From: Sedimentisphaerales bacterium
GTDB lineage: Bacteria > Planctomycetota > Phycisphaerae > Sedimentisphaerales > SM23-30
Length of the DNA stretch: 64,000 nt
Assembly: GCA_963663965.2 (NCBI GenBank)
Contig: CAXXFK010000025.1
Location: forward strand, 198,664 to 262,663
Reading direction: 5' to 3'
The notes beneath the pieces were generated by a model. It saw nothing but the letters and a program-made list of their open reading frames with translations, ran no database searches and was not told the DNA's origin. Both the position numbers and the translations under genes were made by a program. Numbering within the stretch: the stretch's first letter is position 1; the number at the start of each line of letters is the position of its first letter. Of the stretch, positions 63,550-64,000 are shown piece after piece.

Positions 63550-64000
63550 ATGATGAATTATAGTATTGTATATTGCATGACAGTTGGCCTGTCATTATTT
63601 ATGACACCGATTATGATTGGGATCGCGCGTTATTGGAATATCTACGACCGTGATGACGCCCGAAAAGTTCATACCCATCCCGATTCCACGCATTGGCGGT
63701 GTGGCCATTGTTCTGTCCATGGTCGCAGCGATCGGGATCGCCATATACTGGTTTCCCCGCCCTCAAAACCATGCTGGCCAGGGAAAAATCCGTAATGCTC
63801 TGCGTGGGAGGCGCGGCGCTGATGATGTTCTTATTGGGACTGATCGATGATATCTTTCATCTGAACGCCTGGATCAAGCTGCTGGTTCAGCTGATCGCCG
63901 CCTGTGATGGTTTGCCTTTCTGGAGTTCGTTTCGAAGTCCTGACAATCTCGGATTCCCTGATGCTGCATCTGGGCTGGATTTCCTGGCCGCTGACGATCT
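63550..64000 (+). CDS. WecA/MraY-like polyprenyl-phosphate sugar-1-P transferase, frameshifted and 3'-truncated
   Basis: TP...D...RKVHTHP then (shifted frame) IPRIGGVAI; later GLIDD...KLLVQ. Confidence 0.75.

Overview
A 64-kb bacterial chromosomal window. Gene content and protein styles (Tat sulfatases, PEP-CTERM and GLUG proteins, short Rho, orphan flagellin-like gene) suggest a Planctomycetota genome, probably Phycisphaerae; this is an inference. Housekeeping genes (rho, tyrS, der, recA, tex, ahpC) alternate with a sulfatase/GH106 cluster, envelope-modification loci (radical SAM + PHP-GT4 + MGDG synthase; MBOAT + SGNH; ArnT + PAP2), an ECF sigma/anti-sigma pair and a sigma54-preceded Wza/Wzc/ligase/WecA operon that is frameshifted towards the window end. 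No CRISPR array, tRNA or rRNA was seen. The most notable unannotated signals are: (1) a RAYT-type HUH transposase bracketed by ~29-bp inverted repeats (palindrome TATACACAGTGTATA + TTGACA), with three further copies elsewhere, two of which head tandem ~330-bp units that each retain a consensus sigma70 promoter, a structured C-rich leader and a decayed RAYT-like start; (2) a fixed-spacing motif AAACRAASCCAA-N18-TAA-N19-TTA in a hairpin mosaic upstream of an uncharacterised 'ANRRNAQKSTGP' protein that carries the same box internally; (3) an apparently circularly permuted SGNH hydrolase; (4) an ERIC-like MITE family; (5) a terminator inside the flagellin-like gene leader; (6) an 11-bp direct repeat upstream of recA.
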